From contig NIVC01003040.1 of assembly GCA_002269645.1 (NCBI GenBank), positions 1 to 64,000 on the forward strand: a stretch of DNA of 64,000 nucleotides. The letters are read 5' to 3'. Made by a program: the position numbers and the translations under genes. This DNA is from Macrostomum lignano (lineage: Eukaryota). Shown here one piece after another: positions 35,437-54,923 of the stretch (position 1 is the first letter of the stretch; the number at the start of each line of letters is the position of its first letter). The notes under the pieces were generated by a model. It saw only the letters and a list, made by a program, of their open reading frames with translations. It was not told the DNA's origin and did not search any database.

Positions 35437-36176
35437 CTGCTGTTTAAATTTGGACAGGCACATGCTAATTCTGCTACTGCTAAAGAGTAGCGTATCGACG
35501 CGAAATTCTCTAATTCGGCCCGGAGCTGATTTGAGTCGATTTGCATGACTTCCAATCGATAGATATTTCTATTTTTATTTTTCACTCTTTCGCACTCATT
35601 TCTACTGTTAGTAGCGATAATGAAATTCTATATGGTAGATGCGGCTGGATTGGGAAATAATCTATAACGGAACCATACTGTTTTGCATGTACTCAGCTCT
35701 TCTCTATCCGCACGCCTAAAATGTACTCCATTACTGCAGCCAGTGAAATACACATTCATTGAGAGTAGTCTTATACTAAAATGTTTTCTAATTATAAAGC
35801 TGCCAAGGTTTGTATTTTTGGGTTGCTGCTATTCTTGTAAATTGATTACCTCTGTTGTTCAGAGCACAGCTCAACCCAGAGCATAAATCCCCCATGACTG
35901 TCTGACTCTCAATTGGACAGCAAGAGAAAAGAAGGCTGGAATGGAAAAGGAACTCTTGAGGAGCTTCAAGTGTTAGTCATTTAGTTCCGTATTCGTCAAT
36001 TTGTCCTACCAGCAATTAAACATCACTAAACAAGCGAATCTTCCACAATATTAATTATCCAGGACTGTTTCTAGCTGCAAGTAGGTTTAGCAGGCATTGA
36101 AAATTGAGCATTGCAGTTTGTTAGGACTAAAAAACAAAATAAACCTGACCTCGTAAAGATTATTATTAATTTTTAG

Positions 36177-37980
36177 ATGGCCTCCTCAATGAAAATGGAC
36201 GGCGGAAAGGAGATCGTGGATTTTTTCTGCGAGGTTGGCACATATTTGCGATCGCTGCTGCAAGCTCGAGGAGAGGCATGTATAATTTCTGTTTTTTTAC
36301 TCTTGTGTTATTTGTTCACAGCTATGGATCGTAATTTTAAATGTACAAAACTGACACCTTTCAGAGGACCTGGTGCAACAGACTTTTGAGAGACGTTCCT
36401 GTAAGTTATGATTAATCCGTGTGCAAGAGGGTTTTGAGTACTTTTGTTAGATGCTGTTGTGTACGATTGATTAGACGTTCTTAGATCGTGTGAACCACCG
36501 TACTTCAGGTTGAGTTGCAGCGAGACATGGAAAATCTGGCGAAACCCTGCATGGAGTTTCTCTTAAGTCCAAGCAAGTTGCTTGAAAGACTTAGCAAAGA
36601 TGGCGAGGCACTGAAAACTCTACAGAGCTGCCTCAAGTGAGTGTGAACGATGAGTTGCTGATATTGATGCCATCTTCGAAAAAAGTTGAATAGTGAAATG
36701 TTTCTTTATAAATTGCGTAAATTGCTACAGATCTTTTGGCCGCCTGTATGAGAACAGCAATGCTTTTAAAACGTCAAAAGTGTCTCTGTGCATCGTGGAG
36801 CTGGTGCTGTGGATGCTGAAGTCGTCTGATGGCAGCCTGACGGACTGGCAAAACGAGCTTCAGGCGAATCTGGATGAATTTTTGCGAAATGCGTCAGGTT
36901 TACTGCACTTCTACAGAGAGGATAGCCTGTCCGATAAAGAGAGAAAACTTCTGGATGATTTCAAATCTTTTTCGGACAAGGACGCCAAAAGTCTGTATAA
37001 CAACCCTTTGTTTTTGAATGCTTACGCCAAAGGGGAAATGCCGAAGAAGTTGAGAATATTCCGGGCAACTTTTAGCAAGATAATTAGGGAACGGCTGTCC
37101 CAAGGTACCGGCAAGTTCCGAGTACTTTCGCTGGGTTGCGGCCCCGGCAGCGACTTGCTGGCTGTGCTGGAGCTGCTGGCTGAGAACCACAGCCAGAGAC
37201 AAGTGCAGTGCGTTGGCGTTGACCAGCAGTGGTGGCCAAGAGGCGGCTTCTTTGTGCAGCGACCGAACACCCTGCCAAGTGCAGCCGTTTCGTTTGTTCA
37301 AGCGGATATCGAAAGTTTTGTGACATCAACTCGGGAGAAGTTCAACCTGGTATTGCTGAGCTTCGTTGGAGTCGGTCAAATGCCAGAGTCAATTCTGAAG
37401 GAGGGTCTTCAAAGTCTACTGACGGACGATGGGACAGCCTGTGTCGTAGACAAGTATACAGACGACGTTATTCGGCTGACAGAACTGCCTGCTTTTCAAC
37501 CCACTGCTGTGTGGCTGTCGAACGACCAAGCTAACGAGAAATACCCGATTATGATTGCACTGTGCATGCGGAAGGATCAGGAAATGGTAAGTTTACAAAA
37601 ATATATAGAAGATGAGAGACTTTCGAGTCGTGTAGATCAGCTAAATCGAATGTAACCAATCAGAGACAGTCGAGTTTGCCAAACTGTATTTTCAGGTCAT
37701 GCGGGATGTTCGAGTCTTTTATGTCCGCGAAGAATTTGTTGACTTGACAGTCAATGACAGCAACATGTCATTGTGGATGCAACTGGAAGCATTTGTGTCT
37801 TTTGCTCAGAGCCTCAAAAGCCAAGAGCAAAGCTTCGAGCAGAAGCTGCAAACAAAATATCCCAGCTACATCTGGAGCAAAAACGAGGCAACTGATGAAG
37901 GCTGCCTGTATCTTGACTTCCGCTTCGTACAGAAAGACATCAGAATCTTGCTTCTCGGAAAGGTAATCCAAGCAAGGTAA
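36177..37980 (+). CDS. Class I SAM-dependent methyltransferase-fold protein, substrate unknown (3' end uncertain)
   Basis: Exons 36177-36233, 36365-36400, 36509-36636, 36731-37586, 37696 to about 37961/37980 join in phase. Motif I RVLSLGCGPGSD, beta2 CVGVD, FVQADI, FNLVLLSFV. Confidence 0.75.
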
Positions 37981-40908
37981 ATTTCATTAGCTAGTTACAA
38001 GCCAGATTAATCGTGAGAATTAATACTCATTAACGTCCATCATTCGTGATTGAACCAAATATTTTAGCTCCAATAAAAGATCCAATAACCCTGCTACCGG
38101 CGATGTAAGTTGCATCTTACGTGCATTTTTCTACTTGAAAGACATGAACGATATGCCGCATCTCTGACCGATTCCAGAGGGTTTCAAGCCCGCGTGTTCC
38201 CGAGAGAAAACTAGCCAGGCAGGAAGGCCACCAAGGCCGACAGCCTGCGCGAAGTACCCATCGTCGAAGTCTGCTGGCAGCAAACGAAGACCAGCCGATT
38301 CCAGATACTTTGGACAATATTTGAGCCGGCCGCCTTCCACTGGCCCGTTGAAAACGAGGGTTAGTATTGTGGGGGCTAATGAACCAATCTAGCTTGAAGG
38401 TTGATTCACGCGACTGTAGGTGAATAAAGTTACTTTACGCAGCGTCATAATGATGGAGGGTAAATTTACGAGCAAAGTTAAATTAAATTTACATTTGTCA
38501 ACCGAAATTAACCTACAAAGTGTTTGTGGTTATTTAACAAAAAAATTACTCTTTGGAAATTTTAACTGCGGTAAAGTAATCACCTAAATATTAATTTTAG
38601 TTCATTTACTTTAAAGATTAACCCTGGGGTGTAAATGTGTTCGATTAGTTTTTTACTGAGTGAAAGACTTGCACTTCATTCCCTTTTTTGCTCTCCTCCT
38701 GGTGGTTTTTTATTTTACTCTCGGTATAGGATCGTCCATGTCGCCCCCGCTGAGCTGCGTTTTCTCCCCATGGTTTCCTGTCCATTCCACCTGCTGGTTC
38801 CACACGATGTTCCTCCTTTTTCACTTGGCGGTTCTTGTTCTCCCCTGAGACTGAGGAACTCAGCAGCCGGAGCTCCGGGCACCGATTTAAAACGCAAAAA
38901 TTCCCGTCAACGACAGCTCCCGGCAAGCCAGGAGGGAACCACCGACCACCCACCAATAAATCCAACTCCCCATCTTCACTTACGCTCGTAAGATCCGAAA
39001 TCGTTTCAGAGCGGCAGCAGCAGTTAACGACTAAGGATCAGCACCAGCACCCTGCTTGGTGGTGTCTGTCACAGTGGACTTCCTGGTCACCGGCAGCTCG
39101 AAACTCTGATTGGAGTTTAAATGAAGACCTTACAAAAGCCCTTTCTGACCCTGCATGGTCCATGCTATCCATTCCTTGCAGTGTCCCTTTAATCAGCTGT
39201 GGCTTCAAGAATGACAGCTAAAAGACATTGGTTGGCAGGTTGGCTCCGAGCGGCCCTTCTATTCGGAATTACGCGATTTCGAGAGAGCTGGTTTGGTCAG
39301 CCAGTTCGCACGGTTTAGGCAGCAGCTTAGCTTAATATTCAGAATAGCTATAACTATAAAATACTCATATATGAGTCATTAGATACATGGACTCTTAGTA
39401 AATTCTTTAACGCTAAAGTAGTCTTATTCTTGATTTTCAAGTTGATCAGATAGCTTTTAGAACTGATATCGGTAAAATTGACGAAGTCGGTTACTTTTGC
39501 CTCCATTAAGGTTATATATCCGGATATCTTTGTTACGGCCGGTCACTTTTAGATACGAATTACTAAAAGATATAGACTTTTTCAAGTAATCGCGTGGAAT
39601 GAAACAAAGATTATGAACAAAGAACAAATATTTGGGCCTTGTTTGTCACTCTGCGAAAAAAAATTGATATGCATGGATTTGCCATCATAAAGTACGAATG
39701 GATCCGAGCCGACCCGATTCGATCCGTCTATTAGTAAGACCCGAATAAGAGCGGAATACGACTCGTAGACTTCTGTTACCGATCGAATTTCCTCGAGCCT
39801 TGATTATAACACAAGCATGAGTTTTCTTATTCTATTTGTTCGTCTATGAAGTAAATAAATTTAGAAAATAAAAAATAAAATAAGACTTAATTACTTTAGA
39901 AAGCTATTAAGAGCTAAGTGGGTGATATATCTTTGGACGCCACACTTCGTTTGACTTGGAATCCCGTTCTGTATTAATTACATGTAAAGCAAATATAAAA
40001 TGCAGCTATGCATAATTCCTGCGGGATTGCTTTTAGCATGACGCCATGGTCAGCATCTTATAGTCTTGTTGTTGATTGACTGATAGTCAGACTCATAGTT
40101 AAGTTGGGTAGGTGTACATAGTGAAGGACTTCCGTTTTACTACTTTTATTTAAAAGTGTATCGATACCGATACACATAGTTCGACTTTTTGATCAACGGT
40201 CGATACCCAGTTTTCTATGTTTTTCTAATGCGAACGAAAAGCTGGAGCGCTCAAAGCCTGGTGCAATGGAATTTTATGTATTTTGACAGTTTCTTTTGCT
40301 ATTTATTTTACATTTCCTGCTTCCTCTTATGCTTAACAAACATTATATTATTGAACTAAACTATAAACTATTAAATATATAAATTGTCAATATTCTTTCA
40401 TTATTTCTGTCGCTTTAAGTGTAAAGATCAGTCTAAAGACTAAAGCAAAATTAAAAACGTAATGTAAATTCATATAATATGCCTAAAGTACTTTGTACAA
40501 GCGATTTAATTGTTAGACCAAAGGAAAAGAAATTATTGGATATAAAAATTATATAAATAGTTATACAATTATAATTAAATATTAAATAAAATTGGTGTAT
40601 GCAGTTAGAAAATTATAGAACTTAAATATACAGATAGCACATTGAAAAAAGAACAAAATGGCAGGCTAAATTACAGGCTAAATATATGTGGATAATTTTT
40701 ATGCAAAGTAATCTGCAAGAATTACAGCTTTTTGTGATAAATCAAAGTTAAATTTAAATTATTTTAATATTTTGTTCTCCATTGAAGCAGATCATTACAT
40801 ATACACTACAGTATATTTTTACTATTAGGAGTCATTTTAGAAAAAAAGCCTAGCAAATTTCATGTAACTTAAGCTTTTATTTAACAAATATTACAGAAAA
40901 CTGGTTTC

Positions 40909-47096
<6,188 letters not shown>

Positions 47097-47294
47097 TGCG
47101 GCTGATGTTGCCCCTCAGGCATGCAAAAACTTTAGATCCAAATTGCCTTTCTCACCGACTGCTTTCACTGGCGGGGGGCCAAACAAATTCTAACTTTTCA
47201 GTTTCAAACTGTGTTTTATGTAGTGTGCGTAGTCTGCTAACGTCTATCAATATGTTTGCTTTGATTTCTTGCTAAAGCAGGTCAAAACAACTCA

Positions 47295-47940
47295 GAGGGA
47301 GGGCAGGCACCCCACTGAAGGACAGAGGGGGGTAGGCACCCCACTGAAGGACAGAGGGGGGTAGGCACCCCACTGAAGGACAGAGGGGGGTAGGCACCCC
47401 ACTGAAGGACAGAGGGGGGTAGGCACCCCACTGAAGGACAGAGGGGGGTAGGCACCCCACTGAAGGACAGTGGGGGAGGGCAGACACCCCACTGAAGGAC
47501 AGAGGGGGGGTAGGCACCCCACTGAAGGACAGAGGGGGGAGGTTAGGCACCCCACTGAAGGACAGAGGGGGGAGGTTAGGCACCCCACTGAAGGACAGAG
47601 GGGGGAGGGTAGGCACCCCACTGAAGGACAGAGGGGGAGGTTAGGCACCCCACTGAAGGACAGAGGGGGGAGGGCAGACACCCCACTGAAGGACAGAGGG
47701 GGGGTAGGCACCCCACTGAAGGACAGAGAGGGAGGGTAGGCACCCCACTGAAGGACAGAGGGGGGGGGGGGGTAGGCACCCCACTGAAGGACAGAGGGGG
47801 AGGTTAGGCACCCCACTGAAGGACAGAGGGGGAGGGCAGGCACCCCACTGAAGGACAGAGAGGGGGGTAGGCACCCCACTGAAGGACAGAGGGGGGGGAT
47901 AGGCACCCCACTGAAGGACAGAGGGGGAGGGCAGGCTGCC
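47295..47940. repeat. About 27-30-bp G-rich minisatellite (GGCACCCCACTGAAGGACAGAGGGGG..)
   Basis: Direct reading. Confidence 0.93.
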
Positions 47941-48919
47941 CACTGAGTGGCAGGTGCATGTTTACTCATATTTAATATTGAGTTTCACGCAGAGAAAATA
48001 ATCTCTAGCTGCTTCCGCATGCCAAATTGCTTCTCACAAAAGGCGATTAATTACTTAGTTACTAATGACTGTTTGATTCACTGAGCGATTGAGTTCTGAA
48101 TTGAAGTCTAACCTTTCAGAAGCAAACAATTTTGATCACAAGCAAAGCAAAATGCTAAAAACACATTTTCACACCTCTCTCCTTAAACTTTCAGCAAGGC
48201 AGCAGGGTGACAGGTCAGTGAGGTCACTGAGATTTCCTGGGCCTTGGAGATGAACAGAGGTTGAACAAGTTTTTCGCTTTTAAAAAAAATTAAGCTGTTG
48301 TAACCCACGTGTCATTGCGCTTTTTAAATTGCATTTTCACTTAATTGTTTAAATACATTACTGTTAGTAGTTGGCATGCAAACTTTTTTTATAGTATGTT
48401 TACTTTTTGTGCCTTAAATTAAAGGTTTTTATGTCTGAAGTTCTGAACTCTATGGAACTGTACTATCGAAGGTTATTTTTACTGCAAGGACACTGAAAAC
48501 CCCAACTTCTAGTGGTCCTTGAAATTTTAATAGTCCTTGAATATTATCTCTGCCAAATTTAGCTAGATGATGAGTACATATTTGCAGGCGCTTCTGTTGT
48601 CAATTTAGCGAATATGCGGTTAAATCGAGCTGAGAGATTTCGCAGTTTATTACATTTTTCATTCCTGAATGAAAACATTTAACAGTTGTTTGCTCAGAAC
48701 TGAGTTCAGCTCTGCTTTGTCAGCTATTGGAAGTCACACTCACTCAAAATGTCACACTGTGTCAGTCACAGCCTCAGTCACGCTACTGACGCAATAGCAG
48801 TCACACTAGACTTGAAACCATCGCTCACACTTTTAAGTCACACCGTCCATCACACACTAAATTAAAATCCGTTTTTGTGAGGCATTGGCCACACTATCGC
48901 TTTTATAGCCTTTCACTCG

Positions 48920-49975
48920 GTATGTCACACTATTAGTCACACCATCAGTCACACTATTAGTCACACTATTAGTTACACCATCAGTCACACTATTAGTGAC
49001 ACTATTAGTCACACTATTAGTCACACTATTAGTCACACTATTAGTAGCATTATTGGTCACACTATTAGTCACACTATTAGTCACATTATTAGTCACACTA
49101 TTAGTCACACTATTAGTTACACCATCAGTCACACTATTAGTCACACTATTAGTTACACCATCAGTCACACTATTAGTGACACTATTAGTCACACTATTAG
49201 TCACACTATTAGTCACACTATTAGTAGCATTATTGGTCACACTATTAGTCACACTATTAGTCACATTATTGGTCACACTATTAGTCACATTATTAGTCAC
49301 ACTATTAGTCACACTATTAGTCACACTATTAGTCACACTATATTGGTCACACTATCAGTCACTATTAGCCACACTTTTATTGACACCATCAGTCACACTA
49401 TTAGTCACATTATTAGTCACACTATCAGTCACACTATTAGTCACATTATTAGTCACACCATCAGTCACACTATTAGTAACATTATTGGTCACACTTTTAG
49501 TCAAATTATTAGTCACACTATCAGTCACACTATTAGTAACATTATTGGTCACACTATTAGTCACATTATTAGTCACACTATCAGTCACACTATTAGTAAC
49601 ATTATTGGTCACACTATTAGTCACATTATTAGTCACACTATATTAGTCCCACTGTTAGTCACACCATCAGTCACGCGATTAGTCAAACAATTAGTCACAC
49701 TATTAGTCACACTATATTAGTCACACTATTAGTCACACTATTAGTCACACTATTAGTCACACTATATTGGTCACACTATCAGTCACACTATTAGCCACAC
49801 TGTTATTGACACCATCAGTCACACGATTAGTCAAACAATTAGTCACACAGTTAGTCACACTATATTAGTCACACTATTAGTCACACTATTAGTAACATTA
49901 TTGGTCACACTATATTAGTCACACTATTAGCCACACTGTTAGTGACACTATTAGACACATTATTAGTCACAAAAT
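48920..49975. repeat. 12-bp minisatellite (AGTCACACTATT)n
   Basis: Direct reading. Confidence 0.95.
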
Positions 49976-50479
49976 TACCTGTAACCTACGACTGCAATGA
50001 CCTTCAATGTCTCAGGCCGACTGTCTCTGGATTCCAGCGCCCATTTTTCTCGTTGAAACTTCTGGCGCTCCTCATCGACCCAAAAGTCCCTCACAGAGTC
50101 TCCCACAGTGCTTCACTTTGTGCCCCCCCCCACTCTCAACCCGCTTATCCCCCGCTGCGCCGAGGCGAGGTTGGACGATTCGATCTGCCGGGCGCACCTG
50201 AGCCGGGCTCCCACAGACCTGAGCCTCGCAGTTATCGCCCGCGCTGAATTCCGCCTTCGATTCACTGAGCCAGCCTGCTGTGACTGCCGCTGCGATTCTC
50301 TCGGCAGCTCTCACCTGCCCCCCCCCCTCCCTGCACACCCGAGCTCGGCCGGATCGAACTCCCCTCGATCGAACCCTGGCAGCTCATGCAGGCAAAGTGG
50401 TCGCTTCTGAAAGTTCGATTCGGCATTGATAGTTGAGATGCTAGCGCGATGCACTTTAAAGAGATTAGGAAGAAAATTT

Positions 50480-51595
50480 CGAAGAAGTCCAGTTTCCAGT
50501 GATTTCGAAGAGGTCCAGTTTCTAGTGATTTCGAAGAGGTCCAGTTCCTAACGATTTTGAAGAGGTCCAGTTTTTAATGCTTTCGAAGGGGTCCAATTTT
50601 CAATGATTTTGAAGAGGTCCAGTTTCCAGTGATTTTGTAGAGGTCCAGTTTCCAATGATTTTTAAGAGGTCCAGTTTCCAAGGATTTTGAAGAGGTCCAG
50701 TTTCCAGTGATTTCGAAGAGGTCCAGTTTCTAGTGATTTCGAAGAGGTCCAGTTCCTAACGATTTTGAAGAGGTCCAGTTTTTAATGCTTTCGAAGGGGT
50801 CCAATTTTCAATGATTTTGAAGAGGTCCAGTTTCCAGTGATTTTGTAGAGGTCCAGTTTCCAATGATTTTTAAGAGGTCCAGTTTCCAAGGATTTTGAAG
50901 AGGTCCAGTTTCCAGTGATTTTGAAGAGGTCCAGTTTCCAGTGATTTTGAAGAGGTCCAGTTTCCAGTGATTTCGAAGAGGTCCAGTGTCTAGTGATTTC
51001 GAAGAGGTCCAGTTTCCAGTGATTTTTAAGGGTTCCAGTTTCCAGTGATTTCGAAGAGGTCCAGTTTCTAGTGCTTTCGAAGCGTTCCAATTTTCAATGA
51101 TTTCGAAGAGGTCCAGTTTCCAGTGATTTTTAAGGGTTCCAGTTTCCAGTGATTTCGAAGAGGTCCAGTTTCTAGTGCTTTCGAAGCGTTCCAATTTTCA
51201 ATGATTTCGAAGAGGTCCAGTTTCCAGTGATTTCGAAGAGTTCCAGTTTCTAGTGATTTCGAAGAGGTCCAGTTTCTAGTGATTTCGAAGAGGTCCAGTT
51301 TCTAGTGATTTCGAAGAGGTCCAGTTTCCAGTGATTTCGAAGAGGTCCAGTTTCCAGTGATTTTTAAGAGGTCCAGTTCCCAGTGATTTTTAAGAGGTCC
51401 AGTTTCCAATAATTTCGAAGAGGTCCAGTTTCCAGTGATTTCGAAGAGGTCCAGTTTCTAGTGCTTTCGAAGGGGTCCAATTTTCAATGATTTTGAAGAG
51501 TTCCAGTTTCCAGTGATTTTGAAGAGGTCCAGTTCCCATTGATATTGAAGAGGCTCATTTTCCAGGGATTTCGAAGAGGTCCAGTTTCCAGTGAG
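50480..51595. repeat. 26-bp minisatellite (TTCGAAGAGGTCCAGTTTCCAGTGAT)n
   Basis: Direct reading. Confidence 0.95.
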
Positions 51596-52111
51596 TTCGA
51601 TACGGCTTATTTATTAATATTTTAAAGTCCCAATGTTGACGCGGAGGTGGCATGGTCTTATTCGATCTTGTTATTCGATTGCTAATTTTCAACAACAGCT
51701 CATCCGGGCATTTCCTCTGCTCTCTTGCTTGACAAGTCGGCCTGTTTTTTTCACCTGAACAAACAAGCTGTTTGTTTTTTTACTCGTTTTACAAGAATCG
51801 GCAGTCAGTTGAAATCCCATTGATTGCCGGACGTTCGCTTCCTATTTTGGCGGCCGCCGCCGCTGCTGCAAGCTCCCCAGAGAGACGGACAGCCGGGCTG
51901 GGGAGATTAGGGCTTCGGCTGAGATCCGGGCAAACCTTTAATTATTGATTTTGCCCAGCAGGACTCGGACAGAGAGAGAGAGAGATTGATGAAGGCGACT
52001 CTCTGGCTTGACAGTACAAAATTTAAATGAACGGCACTGAAGCCGGCATTTTTGTACCAGTTGCTTGCGAAAGAGAAACTTTCCAACTGGGTACCAAACT
52101 GTAGGAGAGCG

Positions 52112-53340
52112 CTTTGAGAACACTGGGATGCCAGCTTTGAGAACACTGGGACACCAGCTTTGAGAACACTGGGATGCCAGCTTTGAGAACACTGGGACAC
52201 CAGCTTTGAGAACACTGGGATAACAGCTTTGAGAACACTGGGACACCAGCTTTGAGAACACTGGGACACCAGCTTTGAGAACACTGGGATGCCAGCTTTG
52301 AGAACACTGGGACACCAGCTTTGAGAACACTGGGACACCAGCTTTGAGAACACTGGGATGCCAGCTTTGAGAACACTGGAATGCCAGCTTTGAGAACACT
52401 GGGACACCAGCTTTGAGAACACTGGGATGCCAGCTTTGAGAACACTGGGACACCAGCTTTGAGAACACTGGGATAACAGCTTTGAGAACACTGGGATGCC
52501 AGCTTTGAGAACACTGGGACACCAGCTTTGAGAACACTGGGATAACAGCTTTGAGAACACTGGGACACCAGCTTTGAGAACACTGGGACACCAGCTTTGA
52601 GAACACTGGGATGCCAGCTTTGAGAACACTGGGACACCAGCTTTGAGAACACTGGGACACCAGCTTTGAGAACACTGGGATGCCAGCTTTGAGAACACTG
52701 GAATGCCAGCTTTGAGAACACTGGGACACCAGCTTTGAGAACACTGGGGGACGCCAGCTTTGAGAACACTGGGATGCCAGCTTTGAGAATACTGGGATGC
52801 CAGCTTTGAGAACACTGGGATGCCAGCTTTGAGAACACTGGGACACCAGCTTTGAGAACACTGGGGGACGCCAGCTTTGAGAACACTGGGATGCCAGCTT
52901 TGAGAACACTTGGATGCCAGCTTTGAGAACACTGGGGAACGCCAGCTTTGAGAACACCGGGATGCCAGCTTTGAGAACACTGGGACACCAGCTTTGAGAA
53001 CACTGGGATGCCAGCTTTGAGAACACTGGGGGACGCCAGCTTTGAGAACACTGGGACACCAACTTTGAGAATACTGGGATGCCTGCTTTGAGAACACTGG
53101 GATGCCAGCTTTGAGAACACTGGGACACCAGCTTTGAGAATACTGGGACACCAGATTTGAGAACACTGGGACATCAGCTTTGAGAATACTGGGATTCCAG
53201 TTTTGAGAACACTGGGATGCCAGCTTTGAGAACACTGGGGGACGCCAGCTTTGAGAACACTGGAACACCTGGGACACCAGCTTTGAGAACACTGGGATGC
53301 CAGATTTGAGAACACTGAGACGCCAGCTTTGAGAACACAC
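52112..53340. repeat. 23-bp minisatellite (GCTTTGAGAACACTGGGATGCCA)n
   Basis: Direct reading. Confidence 0.95.
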
Positions 53341-53994
53341 GCAATAAGTCTGAGTGCACAAGCACCAAATCTCAAGAACAAGGGTGCTGTGACGCCAGCT
53401 TTAAGAACGGGTGCACCAACTTCAAATCAGGAGACGCCAAACTTTTACGATTTCGACTAAATATGAACCCTCAATCCGCTTGAAATAATTCTAACTCAAA
53501 TCTGTATTGATGAAGCTGGCTGCAACCGCAGTCAGTCGGAGATTTAACTCGCGATAAGCCGGGCGCCACATCGTCTGCCTTGGTGGAAATTCTTTCATAA
53601 ATTTCGATCTTTTTACTTTGACAAAAATGAAACAACAACGTATTTGTGTTTTTCTCAAGTGCCATATAAAAAAACTTCTCAAGAGCAGAGTCGGGTGGCG
53701 GTGAGTTAGCAGACTACGGGCATCTCTCCCGCTGTGCTTCAGTCTCTTTCTTCTCCATTATTGCTGTAAAAAACGATGTCGAACAGCAAATGACGACAAT
53801 AAGACGGAGCCGTACGCTTCTGCTGCCAGGGCAGGGTGGGTGGCAGCCAATCCGAAGCGGGGGGCCGCGCACTGCAGGGTCTGGGGGCGGGGCGGTCTCG
53901 GGGGAGGGCTGCGCTGCTTGTCTTAAGCTGTTGAAACCCTGCAGCTCGGCACTGCTCCTCCATCTGACCGCCCGGCTCCCCAGCTCTCAGCAGG

Positions 53995-54483
53995 ATGTCC
54001 GCCCATCGTTCTGCCGCCGCAGCAGCTCCGAACGAGCTGGACGCTGAGACTGTCGGCTTCCTGATGGAGGCCAGCCGGCTCAGCGCGGAGGAGCTGCGGT
54101 CGCTGTACGCGCAGTTCAAGGCCTCGCAGCCTGGTGGGCGAACCTCGGACTTCATGAACTACGTGTCCAAGTCGCAGAGCTCCAGCGCGCAGCTGCGCAA
54201 GAAGGCGCACCAGTTCTTCGACCTGTTCGACAGGAACAAAGACCGCAGCATCAGCCGGGACGAGGTGCTGAGCATCATGCACTCCGTGTTCCTCACGGCC
54301 AGGGACCGCGGCGTCCAGCTCAACAGGCAGCCCGAGGACGTCTGTGACGAGTTCTTCAGCAAGCTGGACGTCGACGGCAACAGCGAGATCTCCGAGGAGG
54401 AGTTCGTCCAGGGCGTGCTGTCCGAGCCCGACCTGCTGAAGATCCTGCAGAATCCCGAGGTGATGAACACTCTGAGCAGCTAG
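53995..54483 (+). CDS. Neuronal-calcium-sensor (recoverin/frequenin family)-like EF-hand protein, 162 aa, shortened
   Basis: The N-terminal helix pattern LDAETVGFLMEASRLSAEELRSLYAQF..QPGG matches NCS proteins. EF loops DRNKDRSISRDE and DVDGNSEISEEE. C-terminal EFVQGVLSEPDLLKIL. Putative TATA near 53664, 5'-UTR donor at 53701, acceptor at 53990/53993. Confidence 0.8.
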   Translation: MSAHRSAAAAAPNELDAETVGFLMEASRLSAEELRSLYAQFKASQPGGRTSDFMNYVSKSQSSSAQLRKKAHQFFDLFDRNKDRSISRDEVLSIMHSVFLTARDRGVQLNRQPEDVCDEFFSKLDVDGNSEISEEEFVQGVLSEPDLLKILQNPEVMNTLSS

Positions 54484-54923
54484 CCGCGGTCTGGCTAGCT
54501 CTTGACTTTCGCCGCCACCTGCACAGAGCGCTGCGCTAACACAGCCTGTGCACCGCTTCCTCCCTCCCTGCCCGGGCCTTTGCGCTGGAGTCCTGGCTGG
54601 CAGCGAGCCTGCCGCCCTCCCTCCCTGCCCCCCCCCGTATCTTGTCAGCGTTGGATGCGACGTGCACAGAATTGCACAGTGCAGCCCCTTCGTCTCTGTG
54701 CAGCCCAGCGCATCTTTTCTGTCTGCCTCTCTTACCGCCCGGCAGTCCTCTGCTACTAGCTCTGTCTGTCTTTTGTAAAGCTCTTTCGACTTGAACAGGT
54801 AAATGTTTAATAACAAATATTTGCAACTTGAAATTCTGCGCCTACAAACTGTGCTAAACGTTATTTTTTGTTGAAACTTTTCACTTTTACTGCGAGAAAG
54901 AAACTCAACCGTCTCTATCGACT

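Noticed and set aside
38131-39221. Short ORFs and possible extra exons downstream of the methyltransferase
   Set aside because: No phase-consistent model or motif could be built; left unannotated.
51907-53381. Long ORFs through tandem repeats (also 16175-16900, 25288-25767, 26269-27362, 27732-28373, 29842-31237, 46158-47096, 47272-47969, 48857-49720, 50782-51194)
   Set aside because: These are stop-free translations of repeat units, often open in several frames or on both strands, and several lie inside introns.
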